Positions 45,982 through 55,773 of a stretch of DNA of 64,000 nucleotides are shown here, piece after piece. Source of the DNA: a bacterium (GTDB lineage: Bacteria > Patescibacteriota > Microgenomatia > UBA8517); contig JAJYIG010000001.1 of NCBI GenBank assembly GCA_021790215.1, positions 194-64,193 on the forward strand, in the 5' to 3' direction. Within the stretch, counting starts at the first letter, position 1; each line of letters starts with the position of its first letter. Position numbers and translations under genes: made by a program. The notes under the pieces are model-generated. The model saw only the letters and a list, made by a program, of their open reading frames with translations, was not told where the DNA came from and made no database searches.

Positions 45982-47338
45982 AATCTAAATTTCTTGCCAA
46001 AAATACGGCAATACCCAATAGTAACCAAAAGACCATTGCAAACTTGGACGCCTCAAATATATCAATAAATAATGCAATCAGAAACGTCCCGATTAGTCCA
46101 CCGATTATCCCAGCAAGAAATCCCTTTATAAGGCCGTTTGTGTTTTTGGTTTGAAAAAAAGCGGAAACAATCTCCGAGCCAATTCGCAAAAACACCAAAA
46201 TAAACGCCGTAAGTCCTAATATACCAGTCTCTCCAAGCATTCTCAAATAATCATTATCTGTCGCAAGAGTAATAGAAGAGTACCCAGTTCCAACTAAAGG
46301 ATTTTTTTCAAGAGCTCGAATTGCCCTTGGCCATTCAACACTTAACCTTATGGATGTCGACCGATCTTCAACTGCCGGTATGGGTGTTGGTGCCACAGAA
46401 GTAGGTGTAACCTTATCAGCCAAAACAACAAAATCTGACTGTATTTGGCTTAATACTTTACTTAAGTGAAACTGCTGATAGATAACATCAAATATCCTTC
46501 CAAAACGCGTTTGTATACCACCCGACATTCCCATAAGTAGTGCGCTTACCACCACAATAGCAATCATTGTTTTGAACTTCTTTAATAGAAATAAACTCGT
46601 GGAAACCGCAATTAAATATGCAAATTGACCCATTCTGGAAATTGAAGAAATAAGAAGCCACAAGCCTGCTCCAGATACCAGAATTACAGCTAGTCTACCC
46701 AGCCAATCTTTAAATACAAAAAGAAGAGTAATTAAAATCGGAATTGTTATTACAATAAAGGCGGCCAAATCGTATGACCCTGCAAATGTCGAATTAATTT
46801 GGGCTCCCGGCGTCCAAAAAAGCGCGATTCCTCTCGAGTACTCCGCATTCTGGGTTATAATAACAGGAAAATGAAAATACTCCTGTCCGAAACCGTAGAT
46901 AAAGGCAACCGTTATTACAAAGATCAATAGTTTCAAATAAAAGGCCAGATCGTGCATAATTGTTTTTCTATTCAAAAATGCTAAGCAGGCAAAAAATGGC
47001 ACCACATACTCCACCCGCCGGAGGTATTCCAAAAGTCCGATTCCAATCCCAATAGTCTTGGTTAAAAATATTCCAGAAAGAAGTGAGATTAACGTAACTC
47101 CAAAGAAAATTAGAAACGCCCTGATAACCCTATCATTAAGGAAAGTTTTGAGGTTAATCAGTATCTTGACTGCAGTAAAAATCCCCAAACCCAAAAGGAG
47201 TAAATCCTCAAATCTAATAGCAACATAAGTTCCGGGAACACTAATTAACGGGAACTTTGGATAAAGCGGCACCATGACAATAACTGCTGCCAACAGATAT
47301 TTCGGAATTGCATTAAATAACTTTGAGAGCTTTTGCAT
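45965..47338 (-). CDS. O-antigen polymerase/ligase (Wzy_C/WaaL-like) membrane protein
   Basis: About 12 TMs, STF-G, SR, S-SIRL-EWP-A-NPL-GTG, DNDYLR-LGETGILG. Start set at ATG 47338. Confidence 0.75.
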   Translation of the reverse strand: MQKLSKLFNAIPKYLLAAVIVMVPLYPKFPLISVPGTYVAIRFEDLLLLGLGIFTAVKILINLKTFLNDRVIRAFLIFFGVTLISLLSGIFLTKTIGIGIGLLEYLRRVEYVVPFFACLAFLNRKTIMHDLAFYLKLLIFVITVAFIYGFGQEYFHFPVIITQNAEYSRGIALFWTPGAQINSTFAGSYDLAAFIVITIPILITLLFVFKDWLGRLAVILVSGAGLWLLISSISRMGQFAYLIAVSTSLFLLKKFKTMIAIVVVSALLMGMSGGIQTRFGRIFDVIYQQFHLSKVLSQIQSDFVVLADKVTPTSVAPTPIPAVEDRSTSIRLSVEWPRAIRALEKNPLVGTGYSSITLATDNDYLRMLGETGILGLTAFILVFLRIGSEIVSAFFQTKNTNGLIKGFLAGIIGGLIGTFLIALFIDIFEASKFAMVFWLLLGIAVFLARNLDYVKEN

Positions 47339-48245
47339 AAATTTTCGTAGCATCACGCTTACACGCAATAGACCAAAGAATAATTCTTAATATTACACCA
47401 AACTTTAGGATTGCCTGAAGTACGGGAATTTTCCACTTCGGTTCATGCTTCCTGTAAAGCAATATAAGATTTTGCAACTCATATATCACAGCTTTTTCGC
47501 TTCCTGTGGTCACCTGACCAAAGTGGATTATCTTCCATTTTGGTAAATACCAAACCTCCCATCCCGCTTTTGCAATTCTATTGGAAAGTTCAACTTCCTC
47601 AACATATAGGAAAAAGTCCTCATCAAAATATCCCGCCTCCTCCATTGCTTCTTTTCTCACCCAAAAATAGGCGCCCGTTACCCAATCTTGACGGTGGGGT
47701 TTTTTGAAAAATTCATCTCCTTTATAAAAAGGCGACCAACCATGAAGGGGGTGATAAGGTTTCACAAATCTGTCAACCCAGGGAATATCATCCAAAAAGA
47801 TCATCCAAGCCAAAACCCTTGGAAGAGTCGGGTAAAAACCTCCCGATCCCTGATATGTTTTTCCGTCAGAATTAAGAAGTGCGCAGCTGGAAAGTCCCAC
47901 TTTTGGATGTTTATCCATCCAGGAAATCATCTCTTTAAAAGTTTTTTTATCAATTATTTTAGTGTCCGAATTTAAAAGCAAAATATACCTACCTTTGGCA
48001 ATCTTCATCCCATAATTATTGTTCTCTCCAAAACCATGGTTTTCGTATTTTCTAATTAGTTTTACCTGAGGGAACTCCTTTGCCACCATTTTCGGAGTGT
48101 TATCTGAAGAGGCATTATCAACTACTATGACCTCGCTTGAGATGCCTTTCAGAGAAGAAAAGACACTTTTGAGACAATCCCAGAGCATGTTCTCAAAGTT
48201 CGTACTAACAACGATAATCGACAAGTCTACTTCCTTTTGTGCCAT
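47313..48245 (-). CDS. Glycosyltransferase family 2
   Basis: LSIIVV, VVDNAS-D, N-GFG-NN, LLNSD, WVTGA, FDEDFFLYVEEVE. Confidence 0.88.
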   Translation of the reverse strand: MAQKEVDLSIIVVSTNFENMLWDCLKSVFSSLKGISSEVIVVDNASSDNTPKMVAKEFPQVKLIRKYENHGFGENNNYGMKIAKGRYILLLNSDTKIIDKKTFKEMISWMDKHPKVGLSSCALLNSDGKTYQGSGGFYPTLPRVLAWMIFLDDIPWVDRFVKPYHPLHGWSPFYKGDEFFKKPHRQDWVTGAYFWVRKEAMEEAGYFDEDFFLYVEEVELSNRIAKAGWEVWYLPKWKIIHFGQVTTGSEKAVIYELQNLILLYRKHEPKWKIPVLQAILKFGVILRIILWSIACKRDATKIYAKALKVI

Positions 48246-48781
48246 AAATAAGTTAGTGTCTCCCTAAACTCTCTAAATAAAATGATTACACAGACCATCT
48301 CGGCCACAAACACAGCAATTCTAATAAAAATTGAGGTTGGCATCATCTTTATTATAATTTTCTGTCGCCAAGTCTTGCCGTCAACATAAAAAACTGGCTG
48401 ATTATCATAACTCGGAGGTTCAAATCCGTTTATATAGATACTCTCCCTAAAAGGGTGAACCAACTCTTGTAAAAAAGTACTGCTCGTCTGGTCTCTGATA
48501 ATGGTTTGTGCATCCTCAGGCGGATAGTTTAGAAGAAGCGTCGGAATTTTTATACTCAAAAAATTTGAATGATCAAATTGATTCTCGTACCAGGTAATGA
48601 CCTGGGCTCTCGTGTAATTAGTAAAATATCCCCGTCTTAGAGGAGTTTCGAGATCCGCTGGTTCCCGAGACTGAAGTGAATCCGGAGGAGGCTTGGGAAA
48701 GTTAAAATTGGGCAACGAAATATAGAAAAGAAAAACCAAAGAGGCAACAACAAGCAAGACTTTTAGTATCTTGGCACCCAT
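48227..48781 (-). CDS. Hypothetical membrane protein with two terminal TMs
   Basis: N- and C-terminal TMs around a soluble domain (EPADLETPLRRGYFTN, LNYPPE, IRDQT-ST-L-E-HPFRES-YINGF); overlaps both neighbours. Confidence 0.75.
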   Translation of the reverse strand: MGAKILKVLLVVASLVFLFYISLPNFNFPKPPPDSLQSREPADLETPLRRGYFTNYTRAQVITWYENQFDHSNFLSIKIPTLLLNYPPEDAQTIIRDQTSSTFLQELVHPFRESIYINGFEPPSYDNQPVFYVDGKTWRQKIIIKMMPTSIFIRIAVFVAEMVCVIILFREFRETLTYLWHKRK

Positions 48782-49404
48782 TATATTATTATCCTTTCTT
48801 CTCCAATTACTGTAATTCTACCATCATCAACTATTATTTCCTCACCATCCTTAAGAAGGTAAATCTTTTTACCAGTATATCTCGCCCTAATCTTGCGTAG
48901 GTATTTATCCTGGAAATGTGGAAAGATATCAAAATTAACTAACCGCAATGGTTTTATAACCTCAGTACCCCGTTCGTTATCCACAAAACCGAAGCTTGAG
49001 ACTTGTAAGGTCTGGCCAGCAACCATTGCTCCCGCACTTGATCCTACATACCATGCCGTCTTTAAAAGCGTCTTAATATATAAATCGACTTTACATCTCC
49101 TAATCCAATACATAAGGTATCCGGGCATTCCTCCTGCGAACCAAATTACATCTTGATCTTTTAGCTCTTTTATAACAGATTCATTCCGATAATCCTCCAA
49201 CAAAATCGGCTTTACCATTGCATCAAGCGTGTTAACTACCTTCCACGAACCATCTTTCTTTGTCTTCCAATGACCCCAATCTTGCTCTCCATTCGAAGCT
49301 GTGGGAATGTAGGCGATCCTCTTTCCCTTAAATCCCCCAAGAGATTCTTCTAGTCTAGCCAGTGTCAGTTCGTTTTTTACATTCGAAGCCAAAAAAAGTT
49401 TCAT
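48781..49404 (-). CDS. Peptidase S51 (dipeptidase E-like, class I GATase-like fold)
   Basis: YIPTA, WFAGG, YVGSSAGA (Ser nucleophile), FPH, DGE. Confidence 0.8.
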   Translation of the reverse strand: MKLFLASNVKNELTLARLEESLGGFKGKRIAYIPTASNGEQDWGHWKTKKDGSWKVVNTLDAMVKPILLEDYRNESVIKELKDQDVIWFAGGMPGYLMYWIRRCKVDLYIKTLLKTAWYVGSSAGAMVAGQTLQVSSFGFVDNERGTEVIKPLRLVNFDIFPHFQDKYLRKIRARYTGKKIYLLKDGEEIIVDDGRITVIGEERIII

Positions 49405-49410
49405 AAGAAG

Positions 49411-50007
49411 CTACTGAAAAAGTCTGGCCCTCCCCAACTTGTAGTTTGGATTTTTGTTCTTTCTTTCCCCAATTACTTTGGCAGGAACCCCCCCCACAAT
49501 CGCAAAATCCGGAACATCTTTTGTAACAACCGCTCCGGCTGCAACAACCGCACCTTTACCGATTTTAACTCCTGGCAAGATTATCGCTCTGGGACCGATA
49601 AAGACGTAATCTCCAATTTGCACAGGCTCTTCCCGGGCTGAAAAATCTTCATTTTCCAAATCATGCTCCGAATTATAAATCATAACGGATGAAGCTATGT
49701 CAGTATGGTTACCTATATAAAGAGATGCTCTGCCATCTAAAAAAGCGTGATCACCCACGATAGTATCCTCACCTATTATTATTCCGTTAGGCTCAAAAAA
49801 ATTGGCCCACATGTGTATCACAGAGCCTCTGCCGATCTTCATTCCTGCCATAATATAGAAAAATTTACGAACAAAGTGCGACGGAATGTGGCTTACCCAC
49901 CTTAATATCATCAACTCCAGATCAAGAAAATAGTTATAAAAACGGTTCAGGACCTTGGGGAGGGCCTGCCCTAAAGTTAATGATCTGCCTGTTCTATCTT
50001 TAAACAT
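49411..50007 (-). CDS. Hexapeptide-repeat sugar acetyltransferase
   Basis: LbetaH repeats; [42 protein letters not shown]. Confidence 0.88.
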   Translation of the reverse strand: MFKDRTGRSLTLGQALPKVLNRFYNYFLDLELMILRWVSHIPSHFVRKFFYIMAGMKIGRGSVIHMWANFFEPNGIIIGEDTIVGDHAFLDGRASLYIGNHTDIASSVMIYNSEHDLENEDFSAREEPVQIGDYVFIGPRAIILPGVKIGKGAVVAAGAVVTKDVPDFAIVGGVPAKVIGERKNKNPNYKLGRARLFQ

Positions 50008-51124
50008 TAGTAATTATTTCTAGAGTTTCTCTTGCTGTTTTCTCCCAGGAAAACTTCTTAACCTGACTTAAACCCTTTTCAACTAAACTATTATACTTCA
50101 ATTTTGAGGCCGAGATCACTTTTTCAATTCCATCTGCAATGCTTCTTGTACTCTTCGGGTTGACCAAAACTCCTGCATCTCCAACAACCTCGGGAAGTGA
50201 GCCCGTGTTTGAAACAACAACGGGAACTCCGCAAGCCATAGCATTTAGTGCATCAAGACCAAAACCCTCCCAAAAAGAAGGAAGTACAAAAACTTTTGCA
50301 CCTTTAATTAAACCCTGTTTATCAACCTCCGGAATAAAGTCTGTAAAAATAACATCTTTTTCAAGACCAAGTTCCTCGACCTTTTTAAAAATCGGTTCAT
50401 AAAGCCACCCTTTTTTACCAGCAATGACCAACTTTAACTCATGACCCGTATTCTTTAATCTCAAAAAAGCCTCAACAAGACCTTCAATATTTTTGCTTGG
50501 CTTGAGGGTTCCCAAATAAAGTATATAGTCATCAACTATGGAGTATCTGCTCCTTATACGTCGCACAACCTTGTTAGAAACAAGGTTATTAAATTGATTT
50601 GGATCATAAGCCAAATATGTAATGTGTATTTTAGATTTTGCAGAGGGGTAGTGTCGTACAATATCGTCTTTTGTGCTTTGTGAGATTGCAATGATAGACT
50701 TTGATACAAAAATACTAATAGCAGTCCATATCTTTAATTGCCAAAAGTCCTTTTTTGTAAATTGTGTCGAATATTCGAGATATCCAAGATCCATTATTGA
50801 ACTTATCTTGGGCATGGGAGCAAGAAAAGGAACATAATGACTGGGAGAGAAGAAAATGTCAGGTTTGTCTTTCGCAAAAATTAAGTCTGGTGTCAGCTTG
50901 GTCAGAATCCACATTTTACCTCCCGGAATTATCTTATATTTAAAATGAGACGTTTCTTCCGGCATGTCCGGAAGAGGATCCTCTTTAAGATAAACTACAA
51001 GACTATGGCTTCTTTTCCATTCATCCTGTAGTTTCCAAAGATTTTGCAAGAGTTCAAAGGCATATTGATTCACCCCAACCCTATTCTTTATGTTCGCCTC
51101 ATTACCATCAATCCCTATCAACAT
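50000..51124 (-). CDS. Glycosyltransferase family 4
   Basis: [41 protein letters not shown]. Confidence 0.9.
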   Translation of the reverse strand: MLIGIDGNEANIKNRVGVNQYAFELLQNLWKLQDEWKRSHSLVVYLKEDPLPDMPEETSHFKYKIIPGGKMWILTKLTPDLIFAKDKPDIFFSPSHYVPFLAPMPKISSIMDLGYLEYSTQFTKKDFWQLKIWTAISIFVSKSIIAISQSTKDDIVRHYPSAKSKIHITYLAYDPNQFNNLVSNKVVRRIRSRYSIVDDYILYLGTLKPSKNIEGLVEAFLRLKNTGHELKLVIAGKKGWLYEPIFKKVEELGLEKDVIFTDFIPEVDKQGLIKGAKVFVLPSFWEGFGLDALNAMACGVPVVVSNTGSLPEVVGDAGVLVNPKSTRSIADGIEKVISASKLKYNSLVEKGLSQVKKFSWEKTARETLEIITNV

Positions 51125-51187
51125 TTAACTTATTGTAAAGCAACCCACAGACATTCACAAAGGCATAGCTAACTAACATATATTAAG

Positions 51188-52270
51188 TCAAATGGAAGAT
51201 CTCGCCTCTTTGTAAACATCCAGTGTCATCCTAGCTGTTTTTTCCCAAGAAAAGTTTTTAACTTTTTTATAACCCTTGTCTATGTAACTTTTAGGGCCTC
51301 TTAGAACATCTTCAATTCCCTCCGAAATAGAGTCGACCTTGTAGGGATCAACTAAAGCTGCTGCTTCTCCAGCAACTTCAGCCATCGATGAGATATTTGA
51401 GGTCACAACCGGGCAGCCGCAGGCAAAGGCTTCCAAAATCGGTAACCCAAAGCCCTCATACAGTGAGGCGTAGATAAGAGCCTGTGCTCCGGAATACAAA
51501 GCAGGCAAATCTTCGAATGGTACTCTACCCAAGATTCTAACGTTTCTGGAAACCTTAATTTTCATATATTTTGGCTGTCCCACAAGAACCAGTTTCAAAT
51601 CTTTCCCTGCGCTTGATAGTTCAAAAGCCTTTATAATACGTTCGGTGTTTTTTCTGGGATCCAGGCCCACTGCCAATAGATATTCTCCAAACAGTTTATA
51701 TTTCCTCTTAACTAAGGCTATTTTTTCATCATAAACCCGCGTAAATACATGGGAAGCAGCCTCCGGAACAACTCTAACAAGCGACTGATTAAATCCAAGC
51801 CTAACCAAATCTGTTTTCGTTGATTCGGTAGGAACGATAATGCGTTTGGTTTCTTCCCTAACCCTAGCTAATTTAAATTTATGCGTATCAACAATGTTCC
51901 TTATAACATCTCTCGGAAATAGGTTCGGATATAAAAACGGCGCCAAATCATGCACTGTAGTTACTTTGAAAGCACTCGACGGCGGTTCTGCCCAATCTGA
52001 TGTATGAAAAACATCTACCGCACCAATGAGTTTTTCTATCGGCAGTACATGTAGCCGATTCCATAATAAATTCGACAAAGTTGGGGGAATAGGAAATATT
52101 TTGGCTTGAGGGAAAACGGAAAGAATATCCTGCTTACGCCTCAATGTTCCTGCATATAAGATATATTCATTCTCTTTATCGATATTGAGTAAATTTTGTA
52201 CCAAATTCTTTGTATAAAAAGAAACTCCTGTACCGTAAACTATCTGACTGATATCAATTGCTATTTTCAT
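51188..52270 (-). CDS. Glycosyltransferase family 4
   Basis: TGV-Y, TVHDL, PRKN, SLYEGFGLPILEAF-CG-PV, FSWEK. Confidence 0.9.
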   Translation of the reverse strand: MKIAIDISQIVYGTGVSFYTKNLVQNLLNIDKENEYILYAGTLRRKQDILSVFPQAKIFPIPPTLSNLLWNRLHVLPIEKLIGAVDVFHTSDWAEPPSSAFKVTTVHDLAPFLYPNLFPRDVIRNIVDTHKFKLARVREETKRIIVPTESTKTDLVRLGFNQSLVRVVPEAASHVFTRVYDEKIALVKRKYKLFGEYLLAVGLDPRKNTERIIKAFELSSAGKDLKLVLVGQPKYMKIKVSRNVRILGRVPFEDLPALYSGAQALIYASLYEGFGLPILEAFACGCPVVTSNISSMAEVAGEAAALVDPYKVDSISEGIEDVLRGPKSYIDKGYKKVKNFSWEKTARMTLDVYKEARSSI

Positions 52271-52300
52271 GACTTTTATTTCATATAAAATCCACTATCT

Positions 52301-52320
52301 GAGATTCTTGAATCGTTTAA
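52301..52320. repeat. Second copy of the GAGATTCTT(C)GAATCG intergenic hairpin element
   Basis: GAGATTCTTGAATCGTTTAA here versus GAGATTCTTCGAATCGCTAA at 28221. Confidence 0.5.
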
Positions 52321-52336
52321 TTGTACTAATAGAATT

Positions 52337-53668
52337 CTATATTTTTTTGTATTTCCAAAAGATAACTCCGTTAAAGTTATATTCAGCGACTTTATTATAT
52401 CCCAAAATTTCGATTTTATTTCGGGCAGAATCTGTCGGGTCGGCAATCTCCCAAACATATCTTGAAAGCCAAATTTCCTTGGGGCCTCCCGAAAAATTCA
52501 CTGCATCAACTATTTGGTTACCCTTGCCGTAATAAATTAGAGCCTCTTTTTGTGAATCTGCGGGAACTACTATTTCATCACCGCCTATCATCTTGGCTGC
52601 CCCTCTCCAATTTTCTCTTTGAAACTTCGGGTTAAAAAGATAGTAACCGGAAGACCCAATATTAATAAGAAGTATCAGAGTAAATAAAGTCCTTAGCTGG
52701 TTTGTTCCGAGTCTTCTAAGTCCATTAGAAACTAAAATATAAAAAGGTGGCAAACAAAACAAAAATCGAAAATATGTAAGCGTGGGTATTTCAAAACTAA
52801 GAAGCACTCCAAAAAATATCGGCAAAAGAAGCCAAAACCACAGAATTTTTGCGCTTCTGACCACTTTTAACACCAAATAGGCAAAAAGTAAGAAGCTTAA
52901 TCCGAAAACAATTGCGTAAACATCTTTATTATCAAAACTGATTCTGCCTAAAATAAATTTGACCGGTATCAGAGCCATGTTTTTTATACTGACTGTGCCA
53001 AGCACCTTCCACCAAAGCGGTGAGACACTCTTAACCGACAGCCCTGTCAGTAGCTGCCTAGAAAATATCGGAAGCCATGCTAAAAATACTCCAACCAAAG
53101 GCAGGTTTGCCAATATAAACTTCTTCTTTCTAAATCCAAAAAACCAAAAGACTGGTAAAATTAGAAGCGAAGCGTAATCTGTAATTCCAAGAAGAGCTAA
53201 TGTAATAGAAAACCAAACCCACTTATTTTCGAGAAATAAAAATACCAGGAGGCCAACCAAAAATGCTGCCAAACTATACATCCGGGCCTCTTGTGAATAG
53301 TAAATCGAAAGACCGGAAGTAGCCAGCAGTATGGCCGAGATTAACCCGGTTTTTTTGTCAAAAAGTTTTTTTGAGATTAAATAAACCACATAAATTGTTG
53401 CAACACCAAAAATCACGGATGGAATCCGTAAAGAAATTTCCGAGTATCCAAAAATCTTAATCCAGAAATGCATTAGAAGATAATAAAAAGGCGGGTGAAA
53501 ATCCCCCGGGAGAAATTTTATAAAGAGATCAGTTAGAGGCATTTTGGCTGCCAAGGCAGTTGTTGCCTCATCAAGCCATAAAGATTGATTTATAGAAATC
53601 AACCTTAAAGCCACCGCCATAAATATAACAATCCAGATTGAAAATTTACTACTGATGAATCGATTCAT
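52337..53668 (-). CDS. GT-C fold membrane glycosyltransferase (PMT/ArnT-like)
   Basis: QSLWLDEA, DFHPP-YY, LR-PSV, YYSQEARMY; polytopic. Confidence 0.82.
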   Translation of the reverse strand: MNRFISSKFSIWIVIFMAVALRLISINQSLWLDEATTALAAKMPLTDLFIKFLPGDFHPPFYYLLMHFWIKIFGYSEISLRIPSVIFGVATIYVVYLISKKLFDKKTGLISAILLATSGLSIYYSQEARMYSLAAFLVGLLVFLFLENKWVWFSITLALLGITDYASLLILPVFWFFGFRKKKFILANLPLVGVFLAWLPIFSRQLLTGLSVKSVSPLWWKVLGTVSIKNMALIPVKFILGRISFDNKDVYAIVFGLSFLLFAYLVLKVVRSAKILWFWLLLPIFFGVLLSFEIPTLTYFRFLFCLPPFYILVSNGLRRLGTNQLRTLFTLILLINIGSSGYYLFNPKFQRENWRGAAKMIGGDEIVVPADSQKEALIYYGKGNQIVDAVNFSGGPKEIWLSRYVWEIADPTDSARNKIEILGYNKVAEYNFNGVIFWKYKKI

Positions 53669-53674
53669 TGATAG

Positions 53675-54574
53675 TTATTTAGAAGATCTTCCTGTAATAA
53701 GATACTCTATAATCCCTACAAAAATCCCAAAATCATAAACAATTTTAAAAATTAAAAATGAATAACCAACTTTGTTGTGAAAATTGGAATTTGTGAATGA
53801 CTTATAAAAACCCACAATAAGCGATACAGGGAAACTTGATCTAAACAAGGCGACCAAGTAACCAATCAGACCTAGTTTATAGCTCCTTTTTCCCACCCAT
53901 TTTGCGTGAGTAAAAATCTCGGAAAGACTTTCCGGATTTTTGTGATAAAAGATTGCCCCGGGAGCTGCCGTTGCTTCATAACCCAGTTTTTTACTCAAAC
54001 TCCAATCATCGTCATACCCTCCGGGGGTGAAACCACCCACCCTATCAAATTCGCTTTTTAAAATCGCTCTGAAAACCGGTTGGTGATCAGGATAATTTTT
54101 GGGGTGACGGCGCCTTTCTTCCCAACCTTCATTTATATTCCAGCATCTTGCCCAGACATTATTCCAATTACTTACCAACTCTTCTTTACTGAAAGTACCT
54201 TTTACCTCGCCGGGGTCTTGCGAAGGAAGGTTTTGCATAATTGGAGCAATCAATTTTTCTAAAAAACCTTTGTCAAAAGTCATATCTGCATCAACAAAGA
54301 CCAAGATTCTTCCTTTTGCAGATTTTGCTCCCAGGTTCCTTGCCGATCCCGCCCCTTTGTGATCTTGTTTTAAAATTCTTAAATCTTTATCGCAAGGCGT
54401 CCTGTTTTTCTTAAATCTTAAATCAGATAAAATCCTAGAAGTTTTGTCATTACTTCCATCATCAACAGCAATAACTTCAAAACTTTTATAAGTCTGGTAA
54501 CATAAAGATTCTAAACATTCTCTTAAGACTTTATCTTCATTAAAAACCGGAATTATTACTGATACTTTAATCAT
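53675..54574 (-). CDS. Glycosyltransferase family 2 with C-terminal TM segments
   Basis: SVIIPVFNE, VDDGS-D, G-ARNLGA, FVDAD. Confidence 0.88.
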   Translation of the reverse strand: MIKVSVIIPVFNEDKVLRECLESLCYQTYKSFEVIAVDDGSNDKTSRILSDLRFKKNRTPCDKDLRILKQDHKGAGSARNLGAKSAKGRILVFVDADMTFDKGFLEKLIAPIMQNLPSQDPGEVKGTFSKEELVSNWNNVWARCWNINEGWEERRRHPKNYPDHQPVFRAILKSEFDRVGGFTPGGYDDDWSLSKKLGYEATAAPGAIFYHKNPESLSEIFTHAKWVGKRSYKLGLIGYLVALFRSSFPVSLIVGFYKSFTNSNFHNKVGYSFLIFKIVYDFGIFVGIIEYLITGRSSK

Positions 54575-55773
54575 TTAGATAATTTAAAAACGGAATAACT
54601 GTTATTAACATCGGTCAATTTAGTTATCTTATACGCTCCCCCAGCCTTAATCTCCCAGGTGTCACTCTTTGCAAAATTATATCCGTTCGGGGCTAATACA
54701 TACAGAAGTTTAATACCCTTATAGTCCGTAACCGGAAGAGGATCCTTCTTAAATTGATAGATAAGAAAATACCTTAAAGGATAAGCTTGTTTATCAAAAT
54801 CAATTACCGACGCAACGTTAAAATCCTTTTTAGCATCAAGGGTAATTGCCTCGGCTGCCTTTTTCTGCTCCGCCACACTTAAGTAAATTGTTTCCGGGAT
54901 CGGATTTTTCAAATTCCAAAATATGTAAAGTCCGAGAACTGGAGAAATAAGCAAAAGGTTAAATCTGGACAAAAGCGCTCCGATAAAAACCGGAACAACC
55001 GAAAAAATGGGAAGCAGATAATAATAAGAAAAAGAAGCATCACTTTTTCCCATAAGAGTATCGATAAAATATTTCCAAATTGTTGTTGTCTCGTAAAAAT
55101 TATGCCGCATGTCAAAAAGAAACATTGGCAAGTTTCCTACAATAACTCCGACGACAAACATTAAAAACGAAGCAATCTTACTCTTGCTCTTAAAAATATT
55201 TATTAAAAATGTTACAAGGGCATAGGCAATAAATAAGATCTGAAGCCCAATACCAATCCCCGACAAAATTCCCAACGTCAAGAAATAATTGAGTTTGTAT
55301 TCGCTGAAATTCCTAAGAGTGATATAAAGAATTAGAATTCCGACAAGGGGTAGAAAATTGTAGTTCCATATAAAATATGAGTGATAAATCATGTAATTAT
55401 TAAACAAGAAGAGCACGGAAGCTATAATCCCAGCCTTGACGCCATAAAATTGTTTGGCAACCAAATATACAACAAGACCTGTGAATATATTAAGGAGAGC
55501 AAAGGCGACTGTAATCTTTGCGGGATCGAGACTGGAAAATAAGATTAGGGGCAAAAGAAGATAATTAAAAAACGCACCGGAAAAGATTATGTGAGAATTA
55601 CTGTCCTGCCGAAAATATTCCTGACCCAAGAGAGAGGGCTTTTTTAAATACTCAAGAGACGTAATTATGCTTCGCGATTGTTCCGTCCAAAAAATAATTT
55701 TCTGATCAAAATTATTAAAACGTACAAAATACGCAAAGAGAAAAATGCTACAAAGAATTAAAAAGTATTTCAT
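54571..55773 (-). CDS. GT-C fold membrane glycosyltransferase-like protein
   Basis: Polytopic protein with R-F-EQ-R first loop, L-G, F-GAFFNY, WN-N, P-FD-RHNF. Confidence 0.65.
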   Translation of the reverse strand: MKYFLILCSIFLFAYFVRFNNFDQKIIFWTEQSRSIITSLEYLKKPSLLGQEYFRQDSNSHIIFSGAFFNYLLLPLILFSSLDPAKITVAFALLNIFTGLVVYLVAKQFYGVKAGIIASVLFLFNNYMIYHSYFIWNYNFLPLVGILILYITLRNFSEYKLNYFLTLGILSGIGIGLQILFIAYALVTFLINIFKSKSKIASFLMFVVGVIVGNLPMFLFDMRHNFYETTTIWKYFIDTLMGKSDASFSYYYLLPIFSVVPVFIGALLSRFNLLLISPVLGLYIFWNLKNPIPETIYLSVAEQKKAAEAITLDAKKDFNVASVIDFDKQAYPLRYFLIYQFKKDPLPVTDYKGIKLLYVLAPNGYNFAKSDTWEIKAGGAYKITKLTDVNNSYSVFKLSK

